Part shown: piece by piece, positions 53,729-63,772 of the stretch
How the letters are laid out: each line of letters starts with the position of its first letter
Position numbering within the stretch: the stretch's first letter is position 1
From: a virus
Lineage: Duplodnaviria; Heunggongvirae; Uroviricota; Caudoviricetes
DNA length: 64,000 nt
Strand: one strand, 5' to 3'
IMG/VR virus record: IMGVR_UViG_2851976983_000001
Coordinates: 36,474 to 100,473 of that record
Made by a program: the position numbers and the translations under genes
Notes under the pieces: model-generated
The model's input: the letters and a program-made list of their open reading frames with translations, nothing else
Told to the model about the DNA's origin: nothing
The model's database searches: none

Positions 53729-54159
53729 ATATTCGCCCCTACTTCAAGATGCCCTGGTCTTCCTCGTAGCCCCCAGCGGCGATGAACACTGGACACCTTT
53801 AATTTTTGACCTTCAAGGATCAGTACATCATCAAGTTGTACAGCCGCTTCCAAAGGGACAACTAACACAGCATCAAACAGCTCCAGACTCGCCTTACCAC
53901 GACTACCAGAGCTATCAGCACGAACTGACGATTTCTCATTACTCTGTTCGAACTTAACCACGCCGACATTCGTCTTCCTGACGAATTGTAATTGCGCCTC
54001 ACCGTAAACGTTCTTTGCGCCAAAGCGGTAGATCGCAATTTCTGTTTGCCATGAAATATTCATGCTCTCTCCCTGTTGTTGTCGGTCGCTCTCATTACTG
54101 GCCAAAAACCCTTTAGACCAAAAGTAAATAATGCGACTGGCGTTACGCACGGCGAACAA
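53719..54159 (-). CDS. head closure/head-tail adaptor (by position)
   Basis: ORF 146 aa, probable internal start MNISWQTE. Confidence 0.4.
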   Translation of the reverse strand: MFAVRNASRIIYFWSKGFLASNESDRQQQGESMNISWQTEIAIYRFGAKNVYGEAQLQFVRKTNVGVVKFEQSNEKSSVRADSSGSRGKASLELFDAVLVVPLEAAVQLDDVLILEGQKLKVSSVHRRWGLRGRPGHLEVGANIWV

Positions 54160-54976
54160 TCATACGGTTGTTGATGTAACTGACCAGCAAGCGCCAGGTA
54201 CTGCGAGCCACATGCACGTTTGCAGCTTTACCGGTACGGTACATGTTGGTTGTTTCACCGATTGACTCTGACAAAATGCCATCCTCTCGTGCTGCGGCAA
54301 CATCATTGCCATTTGCGATCTCACACGCTTCGTTGACAACGGCAAGCATCAACGCTTCTTTGAAGTAGTCAGGGAACTCTTCAAACTTCTCCTGCGTCAT
54401 CTTTTCCCAATCGACTAAATCATGCCGGTACGCTCCATCTGCTCCCCACGGAATGTCATACACATTCAGCATATTTTGAGGGCGATCGTATCGGTCAAAG
54501 TCGATACGTAGAATTTTGCGGATTGAGAACGGTAAAGTTTTAATTCGTCTGGTAGCCTCAATGAGACGCTTGCGCATTAAGCCTTCACCATCCGACAGCA
54601 AAGTGTCCCCATTCAGCATATCGATCGCCTGCATTTGAGCATCAGCGACAGTTGCAAACGACTGTTCTGGTATCGACAGTTCAAAACTATTCAGCAGAAC
54701 ATACATTTGCCGCTCTTCATGCATCAGACCCGATGCAACAGCCTTCACAATGACGTACCGCAGATCGCGTTCTTTCTCAGAGAGCTGGTTATATTCAGCC
54801 GACACGACAACCGGAATCGACATTTGACCGCTGGTGATTTCTAGCGGCTCGCCATCAACGAGAATAGCCCCGGTGCTGTCCTTTACTGTGTAGGTAGCAG
54901 ATTCGATATCCAGCACGTTGAAGGCAAATGAAAGGGAAACAGCTTCACCGCTACGATACGAGTCGATCTGCGCCAT
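54143..54976 (-). CDS. hypothetical virion protein
   Basis: 277-aa ORF in the head-tail block. Confidence 0.4.
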   Translation of the reverse strand: MAQIDSYRSGEAVSLSFAFNVLDIESATYTVKDSTGAILVDGEPLEITSGQMSIPVVVSAEYNQLSEKERDLRYVIVKAVASGLMHEERQMYVLLNSFELSIPEQSFATVADAQMQAIDMLNGDTLLSDGEGLMRKRLIEATRRIKTLPFSIRKILRIDFDRYDRPQNMLNVYDIPWGADGAYRHDLVDWEKMTQEKFEEFPDYFKEALMLAVVNEACEIANGNDVAAAREDGILSESIGETTNMYRTGKAANVHVARSTWRLLVSYINNRMIVRRA

Positions 54977-55410
54977 TACTCACCGCCTTGTGCTTTCAGG
55001 ATGCCTTCAATCATCTCGACAATTCCTTTCGCTTTGACACCAACCTGATTACCAATCACACGTAGACCGGCAATGCCTTCATTGTCTGCAATTGACTCCA
55101 ACTCTTCTCGTGTGAAAGTCTGGATCTGTTTGGCCGGTTCATCTGGTGTCCCACGTTTCATTGGCACAATGTCAGGTGCTGCTGGCTCGGTAATCAGGTC
55201 TGCGGTCAACTCGCCACGATCACTGTATGCGGCAGACGGAGAAACATTTTTGCCCTCGACTGTTGATGCTCGCATTGAGGCACAAATCCTTTGCTGATCG
55301 ATAAAAGGCAACTCCGCTACGGACACCCCGTTCTCGAACTGAACGCCGCACAACATTCCCGAATAACCGGAAAATTGCGGTTCTAATAAAACAATTTTTG
55401 CTGGTTTCAT
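54976..55410 (-). CDS. hypothetical virion protein
   Basis: 144-aa ORF. Confidence 0.4.
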   Translation of the reverse strand: MKPAKIVLLEPQFSGYSGMLCGVQFENGVSVAELPFIDQQRICASMRASTVEGKNVSPSAAYSDRGELTADLITEPAAPDIVPMKRGTPDEPAKQIQTFTREELESIADNEGIAGLRVIGNQVGVKAKGIVEMIEGILKAQGGE

Positions 55411-55454
55411 AACGCATTCTCTCTACATGGGCGGCTTTCGCCGCCCAATATTGA

Positions 55455-56375
55455 TTATTCCTGTGCAGCAGTGACTTCTACGGTCGCTGTCGCTTTGTGG
55501 CTACCATCTTGGGTAGTAACCTCGATTGTGGCAGTACCAGCCGCAACGCCAGTTACAACACCGGTTTCGCTATCCACCGTTGCAAACTCGGTATTTTTGG
55601 ATTCCCAAGTAACGGTTTTATTTGTTGCTCCTGCCGGCTCGACATTTGCGGTCAGCTGAACAGTTTTGTTTGCCTCAACGGTTGTGCTATTTGGGTCGAT
55701 TTCGACGCCGGTAACAGCCACAACAGGCGCAGTTACTTCCACCGTTGCAGTTGCCTTTTTGCTGCCATCTTGGGAAACGATCTCAATCGTCGCAGTGCCA
55801 ACTTCTACACCAGTAACGTTCCCGCTCTGGTCTACCGTTGCCTTATCTTCATTTTTGGAAGACCAGGTAACAGCCTTATTCGTCGCATTTGACGGCTGAA
55901 CATTCGCTTTCAGACTGACTGATTTCCCTTTCTCAACAGACGTTGATTCTGGCGTTACCGTTACGGATTGAACGGCTACCGGATTTACGGTGACTTCCAC
56001 TGAAGCGGAAAGCTGGGTTTCCTGATCAGTTGCAGTAATTTTTACTTTGCCTGGTGCTACGCCAGTTACTAATCCAGTGCCGTTAACGGTTGCAATTTGG
56101 TCATTGGCTGACTTCCAGGTGAATGAACTGGCACTCTTACCCATACTAATACCTGCACTAAGTTGAACAGTTTTCCCAACCAAAACTGACGGTGAAGCCG
56201 GGGTTATGTTTACGGATTGGGAGAGGGGAACCGCCTGCAAACAAGCAGATAGCTGACTTTGTTGCCGCTCGGTTAAAGGTTCATCGGAGATAGAATTGGT
56301 AAATCCGGCACGGCACATATGCCCCGTAAAATCCGAAAATGCCTCTTCCGTAATCTTCATCTTTTGTTCTGGCAT
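55455..56375 (-). CDS. Ig-like (Big_2) repeat protein, probable capsid decoration protein
   Basis: Three tandem ~90-aa Ig-like repeats (TVQLTANVEPAGATNKTVTWES... pattern), also visible as DNA-level tandem repeats. Confidence 0.6.
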   Translation of the reverse strand: MPEQKMKITEEAFSDFTGHMCRAGFTNSISDEPLTERQQSQLSACLQAVPLSQSVNITPASPSVLVGKTVQLSAGISMGKSASSFTWKSANDQIATVNGTGLVTGVAPGKVKITATDQETQLSASVEVTVNPVAVQSVTVTPESTSVEKGKSVSLKANVQPSNATNKAVTWSSKNEDKATVDQSGNVTGVEVGTATIEIVSQDGSKKATATVEVTAPVVAVTGVEIDPNSTTVEANKTVQLTANVEPAGATNKTVTWESKNTEFATVDSETGVVTGVAAGTATIEVTTQDGSHKATATVEVTAAQE

Positions 56376-56385
56376 TTCTCGCTCC

Positions 56386-56416
56386 TACAAAAAGGGTGGG
56401 CGTATAGCCCACCCTT
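56386..56416 (-). terminator. terminator/attenuator hairpin between capsid and decoration genes
   Basis: Minus strand: AGGGTGGGC-TATA-CGCCCACCCT followed by TTTTTGT. Confidence 0.55.
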
Positions 56417-56448
56417 TAACATAGATAACTACTTATCTACTACACTGA

Positions 56449-57324
56449 TTAAATTTTTACATTGGTCAGTGCAGCGATAGCCTTATCGTGCTTATTCGCC
56501 AGAGAGCAGTACCACTTCACACGGGTACGTACTGCGTCTTTGTTCTGTACAGTACCAATGTTTTCAACAACGATACCTGCGTTGTCGCCGCCATACAGAC
56601 CAGTAACGCCGTTCTCTTCTGACAGATGCAGGCAGTAGATGCTTGCTTTGCCAGAATCGGTCGGGATGAAGTCGTTGATGATGAACGGAACGCCGTTATG
56701 ACACAGCATCGGACGACCGAAGTTCTCCATCATGATTTCAGACGGACCTACGTTTACTGTACGCAGCAGCGCACGGTAAGCACGCAGGTGCTCTGAACGC
56801 ATCATGATGCAGTCAGCACCAAGATCTTTCACCGCATCGACCAGTTCGTCGAACATAGAGAAAGTCATAGATGCACCGGCGATATCGATCTTCTGATCTG
56901 CGTGCATCAGGCGTGGAATGCCGTCAAACGCCTTGTTGTTGGAGCTGGAGTCACCCAAAATCAGGTTGCGACGGAACGCACGAGCCAGACCTTTAACTTT
57001 CTGACGAACCTGAATAGCCAACTGGTTGTTGGTGTCGGCCATAGTGGTCGCCAGGAATTTATCAACGTCTACGTCACCTGCCAGAATACGCAGTTTCGCA
57101 ACGCATTCTTCGAAGGTTGCTGCACCTTCAGGGATGGTGTCGTTAACGTCGATGAAGGTAGCTTCACTCAGCGTTTTTTCACGGTTGTACAGATATGCCT
57201 TTGAATTAATTTTCATAAAAGGCAGGATGGCAAACAGGTCATCGCGATCGATGATGGTTTCAATCACGCCCTGTTCAAGTTCGTTGTTAGACAGCTTTTC
57301 AGCTTCTTCACGCAGTAATGGCAT
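56449..57324 (-). CDS. major capsid protein candidate
   Basis: 291 aa, directly downstream of the scaffold-like gene and followed by a terminator; abundant-protein context. Confidence 0.6.
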   Translation of the reverse strand: MPLLREEAEKLSNNELEQGVIETIIDRDDLFAILPFMKINSKAYLYNREKTLSEATFIDVNDTIPEGAATFEECVAKLRILAGDVDVDKFLATTMADTNNQLAIQVRQKVKGLARAFRRNLILGDSSSNNKAFDGIPRLMHADQKIDIAGASMTFSMFDELVDAVKDLGADCIMMRSEHLRAYRALLRTVNVGPSEIMMENFGRPMLCHNGVPFIINDFIPTDSGKASIYCLHLSEENGVTGLYGGDNAGIVVENIGTVQNKDAVRTRVKWYCSLANKHDKAIAALTNVKI

Positions 57325-57349
57325 CTATCAATTCCCTTTGATTTAGATG

Positions 57350-58237
57350 TTACTTAAGTCCAATTTTCCCCAGACCGGAGGCCAACTTATCCATAGTCGA
57401 CTTGTTCTTCGGTTGGGATATTGTGTAGGTCGATTTGGAATGTGAGCCTACACCCTGCTTGGCTTCGCTACGCATCAATGCGTCAGCTTCCGGATCTGCC
57501 CGCACAATGCGTTCAATCGCGGATTCAAACGGCAACGGCTTACCTTCACCGTCAACCAGAACAGCTCGTTCTTTGTGACCTGCCGGTTTGTCATAACCCA
57601 CTACGCTACCGTCTTCACCCACTTCAAAATGAGAACCGTAGATCACGCGGGCTTTTGCCGGAGTCATCAGAACTTTGTCACGTAGGAAGAGAGAGTTACT
57701 GAAGGAAGCGCCCACGGTCATCTCGACTAATTGAGATTTCAGTGATGCGTTTTCACTTTCCAGTGCTGCATAACGTTCGTCACGCTGTGCCAGCTCTGCC
57801 TGGTGTGCTTCGATCATCTGTTTTTTAACAGCATCGAACTCACCACGACGCTCCAGTTCAGCTTGCTCCGCCTCACGACGTGCGTTTTCTGCGGCCTGTT
57901 CAGCTTCTAAAAGCTGGCGAGCACGAGCCGGATCGATATCACCGTACTGAGCAAGCTGATCGGCCAATGTGCGCTCTTTCTCTTTGCGCTTCATGTTCTC
58001 CTTCAGCAGTTCAGCACCAGCTTTCTTGGTTTTACGAAGTTCGGCCAGTAACTCTTCCTGAGTCATGCCAGCGTATTCGTCATCGCCCTTCGGCTGCTCT
58101 TTTTGTTCACCCTGTTTGTCAGGATCTTGTGTACTCTGCTCATTATCAGCAGCTACACCGCCAGCGCCTCCACGCTCATGCGCTTCAGCGACATCCATCA
58201 GACCACGACGGGCCAAAAGCATTTGCCACAGATTCAT
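57350..58237 (-). CDS. scaffolding protein candidate
   Basis: 295 aa, strongly charged coiled-coil-like centre (EAEQAAENARREAEQAELERRGE...). Confidence 0.55.
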   Translation of the reverse strand: MNLWQMLLARRGLMDVAEAHERGGAGGVAADNEQSTQDPDKQGEQKEQPKGDDEYAGMTQEELLAELRKTKKAGAELLKENMKRKEKERTLADQLAQYGDIDPARARQLLEAEQAAENARREAEQAELERRGEFDAVKKQMIEAHQAELAQRDERYAALESENASLKSQLVEMTVGASFSNSLFLRDKVLMTPAKARVIYGSHFEVGEDGSVVGYDKPAGHKERAVLVDGEGKPLPFESAIERIVRADPEADALMRSEAKQGVGSHSKSTYTISQPKNKSTMDKLASGLGKIGLK

Positions 58238-58258
58238 AAAAATTCCTTTTGTTACTTA

Positions 58259-59833
58259 TCACTCGTTCTCTTGAGTAGATGAGTCCCCATTCCCTCGGGG
58301 TTGATCTTGCCCGCTTTCTTGGGCTGCACCACGATCATAAGTAAGTACTGACTTATTTTCAAGGGTATTTAGATCATTTTTTGGAGGAAAATTCAAGAGA
58401 TCTTTATCAAATTCCTTTTTCATCGCCTCAGTAATGTTCGGGAAAATCTTCTCAATAAGCATTTCCATCTGGTGACGACGTACAGAGTCCGGTGCCTGAA
58501 GTAATGACAGTTTCTCGGCAACAGAAAATTCATCAGTAAGGCCACGAATATCGAAACTTTCTGGATACGCAATTAAAGAGTGGTCTTCGTCCAGATCTAC
58601 CCCCATCCATTTCGCAACCAGTAGCATGATTTGGCGTTCAGCCCTTTCCAGACGCTCTGCTTTTGTGACAAGCAAGCTATTTACACGCTGGAAGTCATAC
58701 ATTTTTGCGGCACCAGATGAGTTATCGATTCCCTGTGCGTTGTCCTGCTTCGTTCGCTCACCAGCTACACCAACTGAATGGTAGATTTCGTTAATCACCG
58801 TCTTAATCGTAGTGATGATCATCTGAGCTTGTTTCGGGTCTGGTGACAGATAAAACGGCTGGTTTCCACCTTCAGAATCGTAGGTGAAGACTCGCTTTGT
58901 GCCCATTTCAAGCACTTTAGTGTGGTTTTCATCACCAGGTAAAAGCGACTGTACTGGTATAGCCAACTGGCTAAATGTCTGATCCTGAATAATGGCATCA
59001 AGGTTTGACAGATAGTTTGCAACCGCACGATCAAGATAAGCGATATCATCGATCAACGATGGGCTGAAATACGGTGATTCACTTTCTCCAATACAATCAA
59101 CAGGAAACACAGGAACTACGCCGAGATTATGCTCACCGCTATCCTCTAAAATAACTTTTGCCTGACGGCGACCTGCTCCACCAGCGCCCTTCTTCACTTC
59201 CTCACGGAACAGATACCACTCGTTTTGTGTCCACAGACGATAACGTTGGTATTCCTGACCTGTAGAAGTAAAAGGATCTGCGTCATCGCGAGCGACTTCC
59301 ACAATTAACGCCCATAACATATTCCCGTCGTCGTCCCATGCCACATCCAGCATTTGCTGAGGTGAAATCCAGTAGGCGTAGGCGCGAGCATCTTTCTTTT
59401 TCTCGTCAGCTACTGACTCAACATCACCACTCATCGTGCTATCGACAACAACCCATATGCGACCGTAAATAGACGACTGCAAATCAATAGCGGCCATAAA
59501 TGAGTCAATAGAGGCATTCTGGCGAGTCGCACGTTTCCAGAAATTGCGGATCTGCTCTGGTGCCTCTTCGATATTTCTATGAATGTCTTCTTTAAAGAGA
59601 TATTTGTTGATGAGGTTTACCACCTCACGAGTGTGGTTGAAGCGATAAGCACGTTCAACTCGCTCCTTAAACTCCTGATCTCCCTCTTTAAAGTAACGAA
59701 AGATATTGTCTGTAAACCAACCACGCCCGCCAGCGTAAGTGCTGGCGAGGAAGTCCCAATGTTCTTTTTTCTTTTCGTATTCCGGGTGGCGTCGCGCCAC
59801 CAGATCCTTAATTTGTTTGTCGTTCAATTCCAT
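58259..59833 (-). CDS. portal protein
   Basis: 524 aa between large terminase and scaffold; acidic C-terminus. Confidence 0.7.
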   Translation of the reverse strand: MELNDKQIKDLVARRHPEYEKKKEHWDFLASTYAGGRGWFTDNIFRYFKEGDQEFKERVERAYRFNHTREVVNLINKYLFKEDIHRNIEEAPEQIRNFWKRATRQNASIDSFMAAIDLQSSIYGRIWVVVDSTMSGDVESVADEKKKDARAYAYWISPQQMLDVAWDDDGNMLWALIVEVARDDADPFTSTGQEYQRYRLWTQNEWYLFREEVKKGAGGAGRRQAKVILEDSGEHNLGVVPVFPVDCIGESESPYFSPSLIDDIAYLDRAVANYLSNLDAIIQDQTFSQLAIPVQSLLPGDENHTKVLEMGTKRVFTYDSEGGNQPFYLSPDPKQAQMIITTIKTVINEIYHSVGVAGERTKQDNAQGIDNSSGAAKMYDFQRVNSLLVTKAERLERAERQIMLLVAKWMGVDLDEDHSLIAYPESFDIRGLTDEFSVAEKLSLLQAPDSVRRHQMEMLIEKIFPNITEAMKKEFDKDLLNFPPKNDLNTLENKSVLTYDRGAAQESGQDQPRGNGDSSTQENE

Positions 59834-59859
59834 TTGAATAACCTTAGATAATTACTTAC

Positions 59860-61116
59860 CTATCGAGAACCACCAAGAATAACACGGTTTTTGACTGGAT
59901 ACCTACGATGTACTGGATAGCCCAATGCGTCTGCACTATGCTCAATGCCACCTGTCTTATCCATATCTCGTGTTCCAGGCTTGTAGATGACTTTTTCCAG
60001 TGAATCAATCAAATGCTTGCACTTCGGATCGATATACAGCCGGATATCTCCAGATGCGGTCATCAGCATTCGGTTAACAGCATTAACACGATCCGCAATT
60101 GGCGGGTGCTTTTTCGAATAATCGACACGTAAGAATCCCTTCTCTTTGAATATGTCGACGTCAGACTCCCCGCGAGCATGTTGGCGATAAGCACCTGCCG
60201 GATCTGGAAATACCGTTATCTGTGATTTCCAGCGCCAGAAGCGTCTCTCAAGCTCATCACAAACCTCTGCCGTGTTAGAGGAAAAGAGCACCAATTCATC
60301 AATTGCCCATAGCTCACCATTTGGCTGAGGTTGCAAAATTACGGAAGACATCGGGTCAATGTTGAAGTCCTGCCCTACCCATATAGGCAACCGAGGGTTG
60401 AACTGAAGCGGTTTTACATGCACGTTACGATCGAACGGGTAGTAAACGCGCCCGGACATGTTCTCAAAGCTGGCCAGGTACTCCTGAGCGAACGATTTGG
60501 GGTCCATATCGTTCTTAGCAGCTTCAATTTCCGCCGTAGGTACAAACGGAGAATCGGCAGTTACAAACTGCCAGCTCTTCCACTGTCCCTTTCTTTGCAG
60601 CTCTACGTTCTGGCCTATAGTCCACAGTTTGTGAAATTCCGAGAAGCCTTTTGGCGTACCAATGATCAGTGCACCGCCGCGTGTCGATGAAAGAGTAGGT
60701 CGTAACACCTTGTACCAAGTGTCAGCCTTCATATCCTGAAATTCATCAAGCACTACAAAATGCAACGCTACGCCGCGCAGAGTGTCAGGCTTATCAGCAC
60801 CTTTGAGGGCGATCTCCGAACCGTTCTTCAACACGATTGTCATCGTGGTGTCGTTCTTTTTCCTAACCCACTTACGAGGCAGAACTTCCTGTAGATCGTC
60901 CCACAAAATCTGGCGAGCCATCTGGTAAGTAGGAGCGACATACCAGACCCTTTGCTTTTTTTCCTTTGCCGCCGCACGAATAATAGTGGAGATCGACAAC
61001 CGGGATTTTCCCCAGCGTCGACCAGCACAAACAACTTTAAATCGATGCGGAGACTGGAAGACTTTCATCTGTCCAGAATGCAGTTGCACAAGACTGAGCG
61101 AGGACGGGATTGCCAT
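59860..61116 (-). CDS. terminase large subunit
   Basis: Walker A VCAGRRWGKS, Walker B-like HFVVLDEF; 418 aa. Confidence 0.8.
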   Translation of the reverse strand: MAIPSSLSLVQLHSGQMKVFQSPHRFKVVCAGRRWGKSRLSISTIIRAAAKEKKQRVWYVAPTYQMARQILWDDLQEVLPRKWVRKKNDTTMTIVLKNGSEIALKGADKPDTLRGVALHFVVLDEFQDMKADTWYKVLRPTLSSTRGGALIIGTPKGFSEFHKLWTIGQNVELQRKGQWKSWQFVTADSPFVPTAEIEAAKNDMDPKSFAQEYLASFENMSGRVYYPFDRNVHVKPLQFNPRLPIWVGQDFNIDPMSSVILQPQPNGELWAIDELVLFSSNTAEVCDELERRFWRWKSQITVFPDPAGAYRQHARGESDVDIFKEKGFLRVDYSKKHPPIADRVNAVNRMLMTASGDIRLYIDPKCKHLIDSLEKVIYKPGTRDMDKTGGIEHSADALGYPVHRRYPVKNRVILGGSR

Positions 61117-61748
61117 TATTCGTCCTCCCCTTCACTTCCATCATCTGTCGCATCAAATTCGCTTAGAGCTTCTTCTTCCAACGTCTCAAGCAATTCGTCA
61201 TCGATGATTTCAGGCTCGTCGTCTTCCTGACGTAATTTCGCCACCTGGGAAGGCGTAAGCTCACCAAATACCAGATTCGGAATTTCTTCCTCGTCATTTT
61301 CCGCATGATCCATGCCCAATGCTTTGGACGAAACTTCAAAGCATTTTGCAAGGGTATTACTGGCTCTCTGTAAGCTCTTGAGAGAATCCTCAATCGCCCC
61401 TAAAGGCTTACCCTCACGTTTGGCCGTAGTGACTTCGACCATCACCATCTGCCCCAACGCATACGCCCAGCCGTCATAACGTGTACGACGTTCTTCTATC
61501 TTTTCTGCACGGGCTTTAGCGCGAAGCTCTGCGTCAGATTTAAGAGACTCACGAACCATCTTCCCAACAGAGTCCGCGCCTTTCTCTAATCCTCGCTTTT
61601 TGAAATGTCTGGAGAGTGTTTCACGACGAATGCCGTACTCTTCCTCCAGCTTTGAGAGTGTATATTCGCCTGACGTCCATTTGGCTTCAGCTTCGGCCCA
61701 CTCCGCTGGTGTCAGGCGAGTTTTTACCTCGTCTTTTTCGACCGTCAT
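61116..61748 (-). CDS. terminase small subunit candidate
   Basis: 210 aa, N-terminal HTH-like segment, acidic C-terminus, ATGA-coupled to the large subunit. Confidence 0.6.
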   Translation of the reverse strand: MTVEKDEVKTRLTPAEWAEAEAKWTSGEYTLSKLEEEYGIRRETLSRHFKKRGLEKGADSVGKMVRESLKSDAELRAKARAEKIEERRTRYDGWAYALGQMVMVEVTTAKREGKPLGAIEDSLKSLQRASNTLAKCFEVSSKALGMDHAENDEEEIPNLVFGELTPSQVAKLRQEDDEPEIIDDELLETLEEEALSEFDATDDGSEGEDE

Positions 61749-61864
61749 AGATCCCTCTAAAACACACAGAGCGCGTCCATGCGCTCTAAAACAACTTGTT
61801 TACTGCATCTGCTAACCAACTTGTTTTCTGGGGTGTTTAATTAGGTCTGGCATGTCTTACGAAG

Positions 61865-61919
61865 CCTGCTTCCGTATATATTTAATAAGTTACTTATTAT
61901 TTATATATACAGATGCAGG
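61865..61919. repeat. 55-bp palindromic element, copy B
   Basis: CCTGCTTCCGTATATATTTAATAAGTTACTTATTATTTATATATACAGATGCAGG; one mismatch relative to copy A. Confidence 0.8.
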
Positions 61920-61943
61920 TCTTTAAATAAGCTCCCAGACCGA

Positions 61944-62210
61944 TTACATCACCAGTAACTTCGCTTTGGCTCGACCTAAAGTGGTTAACCCAAGAGTTCG
62001 GCGGTGATAGCGATTGTCACTGCGTTGGCGCGTATGCCCTTTCTCCACCAGCCCCTTTTTTATCAGAGCGCGAATTGAGAACTGGATACTTTGCTTGGTT
62101 GTCTTGTACGGCAAAACTTCAAGCAATTCGTCCAGGTCAAGTAGATGACCTCGCTCATAACCGAGATTGAGCGTTTTGATGATGTCCTTTTGTTTATCGG
62201 TTAACGTCAT
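61944..62210 (-). CDS. small DNA-binding protein (winged-helix-like)
   Basis: 88 aa, basic; ...KQSIQFSIRALIKKGLVEK... recognition-helix-like segment. Confidence 0.4.
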   Translation of the reverse strand: MTLTDKQKDIIKTLNLGYERGHLLDLDELLEVLPYKTTKQSIQFSIRALIKKGLVEKGHTRQRSDNRYHRRTLGLTTLGRAKAKLLVM

Positions 62211-62219
62211 GGCAAATCC

Positions 62220-63110
62220 TTATGCCGGTAAAGCAATTTCTAACGGTTTATCCAAAGGTTGTTTGTCGAATGCCAGCAGTGGCAGCGTGTCAGGCAGTCG
62301 ACGGCCAAAGTCAGGGTTTCGGTACACACCATACAACGGAGACGTAAAGCTCAGGTTGTGAATGTCCTTGAGCAGCTTCACAATGCTGGCCTCGTCCACC
62401 AGACTGTCGGCAATGTCCTGAATCGTCGTGCCACGATTCCGCCCAGCTTTTGCCAGGGAACTGTTCTTGTGGTAGTCCGCCACCAGATCACGCAGTGCAC
62501 GGCGACGACGAGACTCGCTCATTGCGAACAACTCTTTGACGATCGCCTCGTTATCACCCGGGTCGGAACGGAAATGGCGCTGGAATACACGCAGTGCACT
62601 TTCATAGCTCTTCGGTCGCTCAGGGCGGATGAACTTAAACCCTGCTTTCATGGCGAAGGGATTGTATTTGCTCATCGAGGACTGGATCTCAATGATTGGC
62701 CGGTCATGCATCCTGCTAACCAGGTTAATCATTCGATAAGAGACGCCTACGCCACGATACTGAGTATCCACAACTGAGCGACTGATCACCGCAAAGTTGT
62801 TATTTACGTACCGACCCCAGTACTGGTTAGCCACGGTGGTATTAGTGGTTGGTTTCAACTTAGGAAACATGCGGTGGCGAGGTGCCAGCAGTAGTTTCGG
62901 GTAAGCCATAACCACGACGCCCACCAGACGGTCATCAAGTTCGCAGCGATAGTAAGTTGGCGCGAAAGGTTTGCCGTCTGTTTTGTAGTGAAGCGACTTA
63001 AGAGCGTGCCAGTCCTCTACAGTTCCCTTTGTGACAGTCATTCGCTCCAGAAAGTCCAGATGACGCGGAAACTCTTCAGGGCGGTAGCGTTTAATGATGA
63101 TGTCCGTCAT
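62220..63110 (-). CDS. GNAT-fold acetyltransferase-like protein with C-terminal extension
   Basis: VVDTQYRGVGVSYRMINLV (Q/RxxGxG motif A) and ...NPFAMKAGFKFI; ATGA-coupled to the upstream ATPase. Confidence 0.45.
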   Translation of the reverse strand: MTDIIIKRYRPEEFPRHLDFLERMTVTKGTVEDWHALKSLHYKTDGKPFAPTYYRCELDDRLVGVVVMAYPKLLLAPRHRMFPKLKPTTNTTVANQYWGRYVNNNFAVISRSVVDTQYRGVGVSYRMINLVSRMHDRPIIEIQSSMSKYNPFAMKAGFKFIRPERPKSYESALRVFQRHFRSDPGDNEAIVKELFAMSESRRRRALRDLVADYHKNSSLAKAGRNRGTTIQDIADSLVDEASIVKLLKDIHNLSFTSPLYGVYRNPDFGRRLPDTLPLLAFDKQPLDKPLEIALPA

Positions 63111-63772
63111 AAATGAACCTCATCATGACTACCATTGTGATATTCCACCTTCACGCGTTCTTTGTAGTGCTTGGTTATCTGCATATCCGGGCGCAGCGCG
63201 TTCTTCAGGTCTTCGTGAGTCGTCGCCACCATTACCGTTGCACCAACCTTTCGAGCGGCACGCTGGAGGTTAGATGCCACAACCTGAGCGGTTACACGGT
63301 CTAGAACAGCACCGAACTCGTCAGCAGCCCACACTTTAGCGCCTGACTCAATCAGTTTGGCAATCTTGAGACGATATTTCTGACCGTCTGACATTTCAGA
63401 AGGCTTGCGAACAAACAGATATGCATCGTTCAGACCAGCCATAGATAACAACCCAAGCGCATCGCTGGTCGTTTTGCCCAACTGATCGATGACGTTAACC
63501 TCATTATCGAAGGTAAAATCATCGATGGAGGCTACAGACAGCCCTTCATCCTTCATCTGTCGTTGCAACTCGCGCAGCACAACGGATTTGCCGGAACCGG
63601 ATTGGCCGGTGATGTACACCACATCGCCCTGCTTCACTTCCAGCTCCAGATTGTCGTAAAGCGTCCACTCTTTTTCGTCCAGGCCAAGCCCGAACGACTC
63701 AGCGATTTCCAACGTGCGCGTGGTTTTATTTACGCGTGTCTGAAACGATACGTTGATGATGTATTTGCTCAT
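63107..63772 (-). CDS. soluble ABC-type ATPase (nucleotide-binding domain only)
   Basis: Walker A GQSGSGKS, signature-like MSDGQKYR, Walker B VWAADEF, H-loop ATTHE; 221 aa, no TM segments. Confidence 0.65.
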   Translation of the reverse strand: MSKYIINVSFQTRVNKTTRTLEIAESFGLGLDEKEWTLYDNLELEVKQGDVVYITGQSGSGKSVVLRELQRQMKDEGLSVASIDDFTFDNEVNVIDQLGKTTSDALGLLSMAGLNDAYLFVRKPSEMSDGQKYRLKIAKLIESGAKVWAADEFGAVLDRVTAQVVASNLQRAARKVGATVMVATTHEDLKNALRPDMQITKHYKERVKVEYHNGSHDEVHL